DNA of 58,475 nt, taken from assembly GCA_032718475.1 (NCBI GenBank), contig JAUCBJ010009015.1:1-58475 (forward strand), given 5' to 3'. Shown here piece by piece: positions 46,742 through 58,475 of the stretch; positions within the stretch are counted from its first letter, which is position 1, and every line of letters starts with the position of its first letter. Below the pieces are notes generated by a model. That model saw only the letters and a program-made list of their open reading frames with translations, was not told the DNA's origin and made no database searches. This DNA is from Nemertoderma westbladi (lineage: Eukaryota > Animalia > Xenacoelomorpha). Made by a program: the position numbers and the translations under genes.

Positions 46742-48661
46742 CAGTCGGTGAGAAGTCAAAAATTGGACTTCAAGTCCAATTTTAGACTTCAAGTCCAATT
46801 TTGGACTTCAAAGTCCAATATTGGACTTTAGTACAACTCCAACCAAGTGTACCCATGCTGCCATACTGTATATCGGTATTTAAATCAAAACTGCATCCCG
46901 TATCAGTACATATATATTACATAATTACAATGCAACATTATTTTAATGATCAAATTAATTATTATATGTCATATGTAGGCCTATTATAAACATGGATCTC
47001 ACACGTACAGTCAGACATTAGTAGTTACTTTTTGCGGTAGTGGTATAGCTTTACGGTAGCCTTACTGCCTTAGCGGTGTATACCGCGGTAGCGTAGTTGA
47101 GTTATAGCTGTATAGTTCATTCATACCCATACTGCCATACCTGTGGTATTTTCGTATGGCAAAAATAAGACTACTGTAAACTGTAACCTGTTATGTTATT
47201 GAGTTAATGTTATTGACTAATTGTTTTGATTAGGTTCACTGTGTCAAGTACAATGCACACATCTCTGCATCTCCAACCAGACACTATATAACAGTGGAGT
47301 TGGAGGTGTCTCATTCAGTCATTGGTTCCCCCAAGCTTGACACTAGAACAAAGCCGCCTCCGCTTTGCAGGACATCGCTTTAAGCCGTGAGGACCAGCCA
47401 GTGCACCTCATGGAGTTAATAAGCATGGTGGACAGCCCATGACTTTCTTGAGACGCATCTTTCTTACTGTCTTAAAGGACACTGGCCTTGAAGATGCGGA
47501 TGATCTAGCAAATGTCATGCTGTCATGGGCAGATGGGTGATAAGGCTGTAAGCGTGTAAGGGAGTTGTGGAGGCGCACTTTTGTCAACAAGCCGGCACAG
47601 CATTCTTAATACATAATAGGGCCTATACTGCTATATATATAATGCAGCTGCAATGAATCATGCCGATTGTAGTAGTAGTATGTGGTGAGGTTATAGGGCT
47701 CCTTCAATTGGTAAAGTCAAAAGTGGCCGTTTATTGTTTTAGTTAGAAAAGCCTGCCTCTGTAACCTGTTCCTTTCCCTCAATTGGTTTATGATTATGGC
47801 GTGTGTTACTTGTTACTTCTGTACTTATTATGTGGAGACCCCAACGCGTTAATCAGTTACTAATCCCATTTCATTCTCCTGTTATCCAGCTGTTTTATAA
47901 TACCCTTCCTGTTGTATAGAAAAATTAGAAGAGATGGTGGTAGCATCAACTTGTAGTATTTCTTTCTGATAGGGCTCCCAGCCTTAGACGAAATCGTAGC
48001 TTGTACTGTAGTTAGCCTTAGCAGCAGCTGCAGTTGGCTAACCTGGCATTGCTACCAGTATCCACCAAATATAATTTGTAATTAAATATTTGTTGGAGCA
48101 TAATCTAATCTAGTCCTAAAGACCTATAAAGTCCTGGGTACATACATAAGGCTGTAAGGTTAGACATAACATGAATGTAAATTGTGAACTAAACAATATG
48201 CTAAAAGTAAAGTACAAAGTACCTAGAATGCTAGAATGTACCATTATATTCTAAGTACAGTACACTGAAGATACATACAGAGCTGCAAAGGTAACTTTCC
48301 ATAACTTAACAGCTGTCTGGCTGTCTCTCATCTGTCATGCTTCATGTACCTTTAAGTTCGATTCTCAATGTCACGTCCAAAATTGGACTTAAAGTCCAAT
48401 ATTGGACTTTTGTAAAAATTCAAAGCCTTATAAAAAAAGTTCCCCCTGGTGAATTTCAGGTCCCCCTGTTCAAAACTCTTATTTTTTGATATATTTTCGA
48501 TTAAAGAAAAAAAATCCCGCCCGATCCTATTACCCAAGGCCCTGGAACAATTGGCTGATTTGATCTCCAATATTGGACTCACAGAAGTCCAATTTTGGAC
48601 TTGAACTGGAGTCGAAGTCCAATTTTGGACTCAAGTCCAATTTTTGACTTCTCACCGACTG
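46742..48661. mobile_element. MITE, TIR CAGTCGGTGAGAAGTCAAAAATTGGACTT, 5-bp TSD GCATA
   Basis: GCATA at 46737-46741 and 48662-48666. It is inserted in an RTE-like fragment and carries another RTE-like fragment (47234-47680). Confidence 0.9.
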
Positions 48662-48772
48662 GCATACGGTATTGAAGGACATTGGCTTTGAAGATGGGCA
48701 TGGGAATGATCTAGCAAATTAAATAGGTTATAGGGAGTCGCGGCGGCGAAATTTTGTCGACAAGCCGGCAAA

Positions 48773-49586
48773 TAGGGCTCGATCGGAGTTGGGATTTGGC
48801 CGGAGCCGGAGCAGGAGCCGGAGTTGGACAATTTGGCCGGAGCCGGAGCAGGAGCCGGAGTTTTTCAAAAATTTTAAAAATTTAATTATTTATTTAAAAA
48901 AAAATAAAGTATGGTTATCGTTCGCCAATCGCTCATAATCAATCATACTGTAGGTCTAATTAATTTCATAATTTATAGATTTACGAATTTTCAATTTAAA
49001 ATTTAAGTAATTAATTTATCATGGACAGACGGCCTGACGCTGACGGCGACGGCCTGATGCTGACGGCGACGGCCTGACGCTGACGGCTAAAAATTACGTA
49101 CAGTACCTACCTCGCTAACTGTCTAACTGTGGTAGAGGTGTGTACTTGTCTGCTTGTACTGTAGGTAGCCTACCACCTACCGTACGTGTACCAGTACTGC
49201 AGTACAGTATGCTGGCATGACAGCAGTAAATGGCTGCAGTGGTACAGTCTGACAGTGTACAATCATAGCATTTACAATTTTTTAAAGTTAGGGCCTATCT
49301 GTAATAGTCTGCTAGTCAGCCAGTACCAGTACTGCAGTACAGTCAGTCAGTCATTGACTTTAAGTAAATACTGCAGTATTATCAGATTATACTTGATATT
49401 GAAGCTGTACTACAGTACTACAGTACTTATAGTGTTAAATAATTGTTCAGATTAGAATATGCACGAAATATAATACTTTATTAAAAAATTAACTCCGGCA
49501 ATATTTTTACCGGAGCCGGAGCAGGAGCCGGAGGTGCCAAAATGGCCGGAGCCGGAGCCGGAGGCCGGAGCTCCGATCGAGCCCTA
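48773..49586. mobile_element. hAT-like MITE, TIR TAGGGCTCGATCGGAG, 8-bp TSD CCGGCAAA
   Basis: TSD at 48765-48772 and 49587-49594; subterminal GCCGGA repeats. Confidence 0.92.
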
Positions 49587-50459
49587 CCGGCAAAGCTTTC
49601 TTAAAAATGCAGCTCCACTGCAGCATGCCGATTCTAGGACAGTAGGAGTAGTAGTTCGGTAGGCCTACCAGAACAAAAGAGAAGGTGTTTTCAATTGTCA
49701 TACCAGATAGTAATGAATGATAGTGGGGAAGATGAATCTGATACTATTTTAGCAAATATTATTGCTAGGCCTACCATTAATGCTCATTGTTGTTCCTGAA
49801 CAACATTCATTAAGAATATTCAAATAATAAAAAAGATAAATTTTTTGGCATTAATGTGTTCTTTTAGACTGTTTTCAGTTTATCTAACCTAAAAAAAAAT
49901 TTTAAACCAGTAAAAATAATTCGAGCAGCAAAGGGTTATGTCAGTATGTTGCTTTTTTTTCAAGTTTTCAATAGGCCTACGTTTTCAAGTTTGTAATGTA
50001 GGTACCGGTACTCTCATTCTTTTTCTTATAAAATTATAGGCCTACATAAATTCAGTTGCATTTACAGTCTATAGCAAACCTACCTAGTCCCTAGTGGTTT
50101 GTTTCATGGCGAATTTTTTTAAACCAAGCACTTTTGTATCAAGTCACCCCTTTAGTCTGTTAGTGGTTTAAATTAAAATGATATATATCTAGGGCCTACC
50201 TAGAATATTGACAGATTTAATTGCATGGAAATCCCTATTAGTCTGTTAGTATCGTATTAGTTAAGTAGACCCCTAATTGGGTACAGTTAATTGATTAAAT
50301 ATACTACTACTACCTGACTACTGTTAAAGTATCAACTCACCCCAAGTCAAGTATCAAGTATTGAGTGAGACAGTGCTTAAACCACTGTAAACTAAAAAAA
50401 AATGAGAAAAATAAGGTGTACCGTACTAAAATATGAAATAATCCAGTTGTGAATATCAT

Positions 50460-50567
50460 CCGGTCTGGTAGCTCAGTCTGTCAGTAGTCAGTACACTTAC
50501 TCGGCTGATGATAACCATAAGTTTGAAACCTACAGTAGGTACAGGGTTCGAGCCCCAAAAGGGCCGG
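50460..50567 (+). other. Degenerate tRNA-like or SINE head
   Basis: A-box-like GGTAGCTCAGT, B-box GGTTCGAGCCC and complementary ends CCGGTC/GGCCGG. The spacing is too long for a normal tRNA. Confidence 0.35.
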
Positions 50568-51050
50568 TTGATATTTTTCGCTGTTGAGAGCATTATCATA
50601 TTGTCTTATTTAGGCCTACATTCTATATTTATTTGTGAATATTGAAGATATAGCAACTGAAAGACTACATTACAGCATTATGTATATTATTTTTATTTAT
50701 GTATGTAAATTGATGTCTGTATATGTAATTTAAGTCAGTAGGTACGTCACGTAGGGTAACGGTACTCAGTGCTCATCCTGTCAGCTGCTCAGTACACACA
50801 CTGATACCTGGATACACCTGCCTGCCACCTGCCTAAATATTGTGTATTGTTGTGGGTAATATTGTGTTTTTTGTCTAATTTTTTGTGGGTAATATTGTGT
50901 TTTTTATGGGTAATTCGTAGTTCGTACCAGTCACTGGCTGACTGGTCAGTGGTCACCGGTGTAGCAGCAGTTTCACCCCCCTAAAAATCCCCCCCCCCCC
51001 CCCCCCCCCAGCAGCCCGGTTAAAATTCCCTAGTGTATTTTCATCCACGG

Positions 51051-51395
51051 TTACTACTAGGATCGGCATGCTGCATTCAGCATTGCAGCTGCATTTTTAA
51101 GAATGCTGTGCCGGCTTGTTGACAAAATTGCGCCGCCACAACTCCCTATCACCCATGACATTTGCTAGATCATCCACATCAGCAGTGTCCTTTAAGCAGT
51201 TAAGCTTAAGATGCGTCTCAAGAAAGTCATGGGCTGTCCACCATGCTGCCATGCTTATTCACTCCATGAGGATGCCAAAGTACAAGATTATGCACTGGCT
51301 GATCCTCACGGCGAAAGCAATGTGCTGCAAAGCGGAGGCGATTTTGTTCTAGTGTCAAGCTTGGGGGAACCAATGAGACACCTCCAATGTTATAT
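51051..51395 (-). mobile_element. RTE-like LINE 3' fragment
   Basis: Minus-strand translation RLRFAAHCFRREDQPVHNLVLWHPHG; homologous to 30598-31013. Confidence 0.75.
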
Positions 51396-52596
51396 TGCCT
51401 CAATGTTCTGTTCATCCCCGGTTAGAATTTACTAGTGTATTTTAATTTTTAACCAGGCTGCCGGGCGTGAAACTAGGTACCGCGGTGCCGGTACTCTGGC
51501 TGTCTGGGTGATTTTGTAATGAAATTTAGCCCTCCTCTGTGTATTCTTACCCCCATGATATTTAAATTTCAATATAATTTAAATTCGATAGGGCCTCCTA
51601 TACACTGATACATATAAGCCTACAGACAGACAGATATGAGATAAGCGAACAGACGACCACAGATACCTCAAGTACACAACACACAGACAAACACACGCTG
51701 GAGATTTGTATACCGGTATAGTAAAATACTGTAGAAGATACAAAAAATACCGGAGTTCTTAGAATAGCCTACACTAGGGAAATTTAACCGGGGATGGATT
51801 TGCAGAGTGAAAACTTATAAATGCAGGGGTGAGTTTTCACTGGAGGGGGTTAAAATACACTAGGGAAAATACACCTAAATAACCACCAAATCCACCAAAT
51901 AACACAAAAAATGGAGTGAGAATACACAGGCTGACAGGGGAATTTCAACCGGGGGTGAATTTATGTTTTACATGGGGGGTGAAAATTCTCTGTTATACCG
52001 GTAGGACCCAATCAAAAATATTAATTACCGGTAGGCCTACCGGCTGACCGGTAGTACAAAAAATGCCACAAGTCATAAAAATATATACACTGTAATAATT
52101 GCTTATAATAATTTTCGTAATTGACTTATAAAAACGTATTAAAAATCATCGATTAAGTAAAAATTATATACTTACAAACTTATGCCTATAGGCTGATAGG
52201 CCTAATTATAAATTACACAATGCAGCAATGAACTAAAATAAACTATTATTACAATTTTATTAATTATTGATTAAGCCTACCGTCAGACCGCGGCTCTGTC
52301 GTAAATCCGTACCCTTGATAAAAACCGTTCTCCCCTCGCAGCCTCGCCAAATCTTGAGGTAACGCTCATTTTTCATTCAGGCATTTTTCAACCTATAGTG
52401 ACCAACTTAAAACAAAAAAAATTTAAATGCGTTATCTTTTTCCGCTTCGCGCAACACGAAACATATTCATTGATTTTTGTTTCTTCCTGAATTTTCATTT
52501 TTTCAAACGTTCAATGCAAAGTATTTTACTTAATTTTCCTCCAACTAGAAAGGTATATATAGACACACTGGCCTGTTTTAATCATTAATGGTTAAA

Positions 52597-53010
52597 TATC
52601 GTTTATTGTTTTGGTTAGAAAAGCCTGCCTCTGTAAACTGTAACCTGTTTCTTTCCCTCCATTGGTAACAATGTCGTTTATTGTTTTGTTTAGATAAGCC
52701 TGCCTCTGTAACCAACCTTTTCCTTTCCCTCAATTGGTAACAATATCGTTTATCGTTTTGGTTAGAAAAGCCTGCCTCTGTAACCTGTCAATAACGTTTA
52801 TTGTTTTGGTTAGATAAGTCTGCCTCTGTAACCTGTTCCTTTCCCTCAATTGGTAACAATGTCGTTTATTGTTTTGGTTAGATAAGCCTGCCTCTGTAAC
52901 CTGTTCCTTTCCCTCAATTGGTAACAATATCGTTTATTGTTTTGGTTAGAAAAGTGTGCCTCTTTAATCTGTTCCATTCACTCAATTGGTAACAATATCG
53001 TTTATTGTTA
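52597..53010. repeat. ~70-bp minisatellite, ~6 copies (single copies also at ~47728 and inverted at ~53440)
   Basis: cgtttattgttttggttagaWaagcctgcctctgtaacctgttcctttccctcaattggtaacaat is repeated. Confidence 0.9.
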
Positions 53011-53799
53011 TATCGTTTTGGTATTAGTTTTGTTTTGGTTTATACAGGTTATATGTTGCTCCTGTCCGGCTCCGGTCCTACCATCGCACATCGCTTTTAC
53101 TGACCAAGGCTACTGCCTGTCCTGTCTGCGCTGCGATATATCTGAGCCAGTATCTTCTACCCCATATATCGAAAACTAAGCAAGATTTGGAAAAATCGTT
53201 TCCAGATTTTGATTCGGCATGAAATTCTGCATCAGAATCATCAACCCCCACATTAATAAAAAAGTCATAATCCAACTTTCTACCCGGTATCTTTTCATTC
53301 AGTCATTTGTGTCAAATATCAAAGAAGCACAAGTTGCCAGTGAAATCAAGAGACAGGGGGGGGGGGGGGGGGGACTGTACGCAAAACCCTCCTTGGCGAA
53401 TTAATATCCCGCCTCAATGTTTAATTCTCCATTTAGGGAAAGGAGCAGGTTACAGTGGCACGTTATTTTAACCAAAACAATAAACTAAAGACAATAGAAC
53501 AGGTTACAGTTTTATTTTTGAGAGTAATCATCTGTTATTTGCGTCCAATTTCCCCTGGAGAGGGGTGAATTTTTTTTTATTTCGTCCAGTTCCTCCCCCC
53601 CCCCCCCCCCCCCCCCCCCTATCTGGAAATCAAAGTACTGATAGCTTATTGGTAGAGATATTGGTGAGATTCTACGGCATATTGTATCGTTTATATATAT
53701 GTTTGGTAAGGGTTATTGTAACTTCTAAACTTGCTGGCTATATGCCTATCTGCTAATCGTTATTGATTATTATATTTCCCGGTACTGGGAGGTCATGTT

Positions 53800-53887
53800 A
53801 TGGCAGATTATAAACGCAATGGAGGCAATACATTTACAATTAATACCATTGGTATTTTATTGATATCACTATGTTTAGTATTGCCAG
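53800..53887 (+). CDS. Host gene exon: signal peptide
   Basis: MADYKRNGGNTFTINTIGILLISLCLVLP(G), ending CAG|GTAAGT in phase 1. Confidence 0.7.
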
Positions 53888-54383
53888 GTAAGTCTCTAAT
53901 GAGTGTCTAAAATATAGAAGAATCTCAATATATATATTTTTGTCGGGTATTGGGGTATCTAAAGCTAAAACTTTCCTAAAATATATTACATACTTTAGCA
54001 TACTTACTCACGGATCTATGGATGGATAATACAATCAGCATGGTTTTTTGTTTTTATACTGAAGATTTTATCGCTACCGGTATCCTTAATCTTCCATATT
54101 TAATGATTACTCTAAGTTGCCAACTCTAGGCAGGCCTATTTTCTCTTTTTGCATTTTCTACCGTAATCAATGGCATATCATATATTTACCCGTATACATA
54201 ACACTTCTGCACTTATATTGATATTTTATAGGTTATGATGCCGGTACAGGTATTTGGTTTGTTAGGGCCAATCCAATAACTTCCGGTGCTATGCTATGAT
54301 ACCGTACTTTTTAAAGTAATTATAATTAATGTATCTCACATTCATTGGGAATTGAAATAGGCCTAAAGTTTATTTACTTCCAG

Positions 54384-54881
54384 GTGATGTTATTGCCATT
54401 GAGGTATTTACCAAGTTCGTCCCGAATGATCCTGAACTGAAGATATCTGGATCCTCACTTGTTTATTGCGATGAACTAACAGTCAGTTGGGATATTTATT
54501 GCGTTGGATATAAACCTTTAAATCACCCTGGAAATGCGAAGTCAGAATTAGTGTTTCAGGGACCCGGAAGTACCGAAGAGGTAGAACTCGCCACAGTATT
54601 TCCAAACCCATTTCTTTCAGAAATAATACCAGTAATAAAAAAAGATGATAGGCCTAGTTGTCTAGATAAGGGGGAATACCTTACCGAAGACCCACCCAGC
54701 CTTTCGCCGCTCATTGATGGACAAACAACCTCACCATTCTACTTCAAATACCAATTCTCTGGTTGCAAGAAGGAACATGCTGGTGTTTACAACTGTAAAC
54801 TAGAAGATATACTTTCAACTACGTTCTCTGGATCTATTGATCCAAATGGACCTTTTACTGTGACATTCGAAGAGAGTGCTT
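54384..54881 (+). CDS. Host gene exon: Ig-like domain (phase 1-1)
   Basis: TTCCAG| acceptor, open frame with IYCVG...EHAGVYNC, donor T|GTGAGT; joins the previous exon in frame. Confidence 0.78.
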
Positions 54882-55204
54882 GTGAGTTTATTTTAATTAA
54901 TCATTGCCGGTAGTCTTAATTCATTTGCTGATTGCTGACTTAGCAATGTTTTACAACAAAAGTGTTCAACCACGTAATATGGCAAAATAAACATTTTTAT
55001 TGAATATTTTTAAATGAAAAGACCAAAAAGAGTACATTTGAAAGTCATCAAAATTGAAAATAATTATAAATTAGTTTATGTTTCTGAATATATCTAAAAT
55101 TACATGCTGTGCTAAAATTTATACTTTCTTGTTCTGCAATTTTCGATCAATGCAAAATGTGTGATACTTTTGTTTTAAATAATGTTACGTAACAAATTTT
55201 TCAG

Positions 55205-55367
55205 GTAATTTCAGTAAAATATTATTTATGACTAGACTTGAAACAGAGACTCCTTTCGTAATTACGGTGAACCTGACCGAGAGTTATTTTGAAAAATACC
55301 AGAGCCAGAGATCAGAAACTTTGCTTATTTTTGTACATAAATATACAATTAATTACAACACAAACAG
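55205..55367 (+). CDS. Host gene exon (putative)
   Basis: TTTTCAG| acceptor, in-frame CNFSKILF...VNLTESY with N-glycosylation sequons, donor AG|GTGCGT. Confidence 0.6.
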
Positions 55368-55620
55368 GTGCGTATAGATGGACTGATAAATTTATGTGCC
55401 TCTATTGGTGACGTGCTTATTTATCTTAATTAAACTTTAAATTAAATTATTTTCATTTAAATATTACATTTAGTGTGAGTCATGATTAATAATAATGAAA
55501 AAGTCAATAATTTTGATGAAGCAGATAATTATTTCTTAAGAATTTAAAAATTATTAATATAGTATAGCAAAAACATTATTTGTGAAAAAAACATCTACAT
55601 TTTGAATATTATGTTTAGTA

Positions 55621-57370
55621 TCTGGATGTCCCGGAATCGATATTTTCATTCCGGCCGGAACCGGAACAGGAACCGAAATTCAACATGCCGGAATATTCCG
55701 GCCGGAATTCCGGCCGGAACCGGAATTTTGTATAAATTAGTGAAATACACTAAATGACCCATTAAACCTTATAATTTTTTTGTGAAATAAATGAATTTTG
55801 GCGCATTACGGGCTATTATGGCGACGGGAGGGGGGTACTTGGTCTTATACGACAGGGAATTCAGTTTCCTTGTTTTTTTAGAAACGTATATCCTTGGCCA
55901 AAAGTTAGGTATTTAGGCTCATACTTAAAACCCTACTTTGACCAGAGGTTTCGGGTTTCCTGGTTTCGTTTAGTGCAATATCCTCAGTGTCGTTAAGGCA
56001 AAGGAGCATGTTACAGTGACATGTTATTCGAATCAGAACAATAAACGAGAGCTAATAGTACCGGTACATCTTACAGTTTAATTGTGTTGGGAATAAATAG
56101 ATTTCTGGTAAGAAATAGCTTTGCTGTAAATATAAATAAACATTCTGTATGCAGCACCCACGACGCAGGGAATATTGATGAATGACCCAACTACCACACC
56201 TGCAGGACCTAAAGACGCAATACCTACGTAGCGTAATAACGTTTTATGTTAGTTTTAGGTTAGCCTAGTGTATTTGTGTAATATTGTATTTGTAACCAAG
56301 TAACATAAAGGACCCCCTTGGAAATAAGCTGCAAAGCTTTAGGGGTAATCCTATATGTTATGTTGGACAATACCAATATTAATATTATCATATTATTTAA
56401 TAATTATATCAAAGTAAAATAATGTAAAATAAATGCATAATAATGTAAATCAATCTAAAAAACGTAACTTTATAAACAAATTGTAAAACCACTCGTTAAG
56501 GCCCATGCTTCACTGGTAAGTCTTATGTCGGAAGTCAAAATATATTATGGAACACCAACACATTGGTTTCAATGGGAGCGTCTCCACTCTACTGGTAAAT
56601 CGTAAGTAACGACTTATGAGCGAAAGTGATTATGTCCCATGTTCCATTTTTTTTTGACAAACGACTCATGACTTAATGGTATGCTGAAAGCCTGGATTGA
56701 TACCTTTGGGTATAGAAATATTTTGTAAATGTGAGACTCATCTTATATTTTTTAACAAATGGCTTTTTACTTATGTGTTACCAGTGGAGCAAGGGAGGTG
56801 TAATTTTGACGTTCTAAAAACAGTTGTCAGGTGACAATTTTTTGGAAATGTGATGCATACCCATCAAGACTAAATTTACTTAAAAAAAAGGGTGTGTCAG
56901 AAATTTTCCCTCGTTACAGGTTCATTAGGTTCCACCTTGGTGTAGTGGTTGCATTGAATTCCCATCTCTCTGGAGGTTGTGGGTTCGAACCTCGCATGGA
57001 CCACGGCAGTTTTCTTTTCGGTACGAATGATTTGAAGTGGTTAGAAGGGGGTATCTCTATCTCCGCCTTGCATCCTTAAATGGTAGCTCTAAGCTAACGG
57101 CCGAAGAAAACTTTACTTCTTTACTTTTTGTACAAGTGTTAACTAGTACTGCATCTTAAACAATAGTTTTTATAAGTATATGTTAAAAAAATGTATAAAT
57201 TTTGATAATAATTTAACAAACTAATTGGCAAGTATCAAACTACTTAGGAAACTGGTAATTCCGGTAAAATTCCGGCCGGAATTGACCCCATTCCGGCAAT
57301 TCCGGCCGGAACCGGAATCGGGCAATAACCGCCGGAATTCCGACCGGAACGGAATTCCGGGACATCCCTA
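55621..57370. mobile_element. Intronic hAT-like MITE with CCGGAA subterminal repeats
   Basis: GGATGTCCCGGAAT at 55624 and ATTCCGGGACATCCCTA ending 57370; no TSD found. Confidence 0.65.
56932..57130 (+). mobile_element. tRNA-derived SINE
   Basis: A-box TGGTGTAGTGG, B-box GGTTCGAACC and a (CTTTA)-like tail. Confidence 0.6.
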
Positions 57371-57406
57371 AATTTTAACATTCACGACTTTTTGCTTCAA
57401 TTGAAG

Positions 57407-57518
57407 TTCTCCTGTCGTATTCGCCCAATGGGGTTCACGACTCAAATTCAAAACCAGATTAATTAGATGCAATAATATCACAGAAACACAATGTTGTTTA
57501 CAGAATTCAATAAGATGA
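57407..57518 (+). CDS. Possible terminal host exon
   Basis: AAG| acceptor after a pyrimidine tract. Phase-2 joining gives SPVVFAQW...RCNNITETQCCLQNSIR*. Weak support. Confidence 0.35.
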
Positions 57519-57749
57519 TAAAATAGCCGATATATTGGTGTTTTCATTTTAAAAAATATTCAAAATATGAAAACGGTCTGTGATTGGTCATGGCGTCACT
57601 ATACCCCTCGGAATCCCATTGATATGAACATTCAGTACCTTATGGCGTCTCTCTAGGCTCAAAACCTCTATCGCTTGAGGGTGTGTATAACAGCAGTGGG
57701 GGTCGTGTACTAATGTTACTGCAGTACGGTTTTAACTTACTGTACTTAC

Positions 57750-58365
57750 TGTTAGATATGTTTGCCGACGACATCAACCGCAAACAAAAACATTTCGCAA
57801 AGTACTTTGCATTCCTCCGAGAAAATTGTATTGCCCCGCTTAAAATTAAGGAATGTGTGCTGGATGCTTGTCTTTCCAGCGCCATATTGTATAACTGCGA
57901 AGCATGGGGTAATATAAACCTATATCAGTTAGAAATCAAATAAAACTATACTTGGGGTCAAAGCATCAACTCCAAACGAGATGATATATATCGAACTCAA
58001 CCGACCAATGCTAAAAGATCTTGTCAAGGCGCGGGCTGCGAAAGCTATTCAACATATTAAATAGAATAACTATTTTTGTGGTTCACCACTACATCACGTT
58101 ATGCAACTAAAGTCTCCTTTCTGTAACTATATTAACGAGTTAACCTCCTTCACCTACAAGGACGTTATTGAATCGTCAATGAATTATCTTCGTAATTCTA
58201 TCAAGGATAAAGCGGCGCAAGGCCGGTCTAAATATATAACGTACCTTCAGCTAAACCCCACCCTATCAAGATCTGAGGCATACAATTGCATGCACCAGTC
58301 CGTCGATATCATAAACTATGCACGACTAAGGCTCAGCGCTCATTTTGTTGAAATTGAGTTTTTGG
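57750..58365 (+). pseudogene. Non-LTR retrotransposon ORF2 C-terminal fragment
   Basis: AILYNCEAWG...KTILGVKASTPNEMIYIELNR...SKYITYLQLNP...ARLRLSAHFVEIE. Confidence 0.75.
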
Positions 58366-58475
58366 TATCATTTGATAGATGAAAGTGTAATCTACCTAAT
58401 TATGAGATCCTATATACAAAGAAATGCCTTAAAAATACAAGAAAGTTAAACCACAATCCGGATTTGTGATTAGTC

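Larger units (their letters stand above)
30166..49935. mobile_element. piggyBac-like non-autonomous element inflated by nested insertions
   Basis: TTAA|CCCTTTGCTGCTC at 30162-30178 and GAGCAGCAAAGGG|TTAT at 49923-49939. The motif TGCTCA.TGTTGTTCC.GAACAACATTC occurs near both ends (30174, 49781). Confidence 0.65.

Noticed and set aside
50460-50567. Functional tRNA gene
   Set aside because: No clean cloverleaf or anticodon arm, and it contains footprint-like insertions.
56501-56795. Possible small MITE with imperfect 18-bp inverted ends
   Set aside because: The TIRs are mismatched and no TSD was found; too weak to list as a feature.

Overview
Repeat-saturated metazoan (probably invertebrate) genomic DNA. 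All family assignments come from motifs read by eye, with no database search. From left to right: (A) 1-2129, the 3' end of a BEL/Pao-like LTR element. (B) 2130-~17746, a BEL/Pao element with intact gag-protease, a multiply disrupted pol and an intact 1235-aa extra ORF ('ORF3'). Then a degraded Polinton/Maverick (adintovirus-like) capsid module at 20541-26803, interrupted by a DNA transposon. (D) 26804-~30160, a minus-strand LTR element remnant. A piggyBac-like shell at 30166-49935 holds nested MITEs and (C) 32691-45176, a pol-deleted BEL/Pao element with both LTRs. A spliced host gene for a secreted Ig-domain protein starts at 53800. The main signals are as follows. (1) All four LTR elements carry homologous parts of one non-env accessory protein in the env position. 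It has an unknown N-terminal domain, a DEDDy-like 3'-5' exonuclease with a YxxxE ExoIII motif, three CCHC knuckles, a 'WE..AD' motif and a basic tail. (2) Element B carries eight dispersed copies of an 18-nt stem-loop, consensus CCAAACC-YGYG-GGTTTGG. They occur in all three codon phases and in non-coding DNA, with compensatory and G-U changes, which suggests distributed RNA packaging or recognition signals. (3) Damage in B is confined to pol. (4) Pairs of repeat copies differ by TA-flanked micro-insertions that look like DNA-transposon excision footprints.
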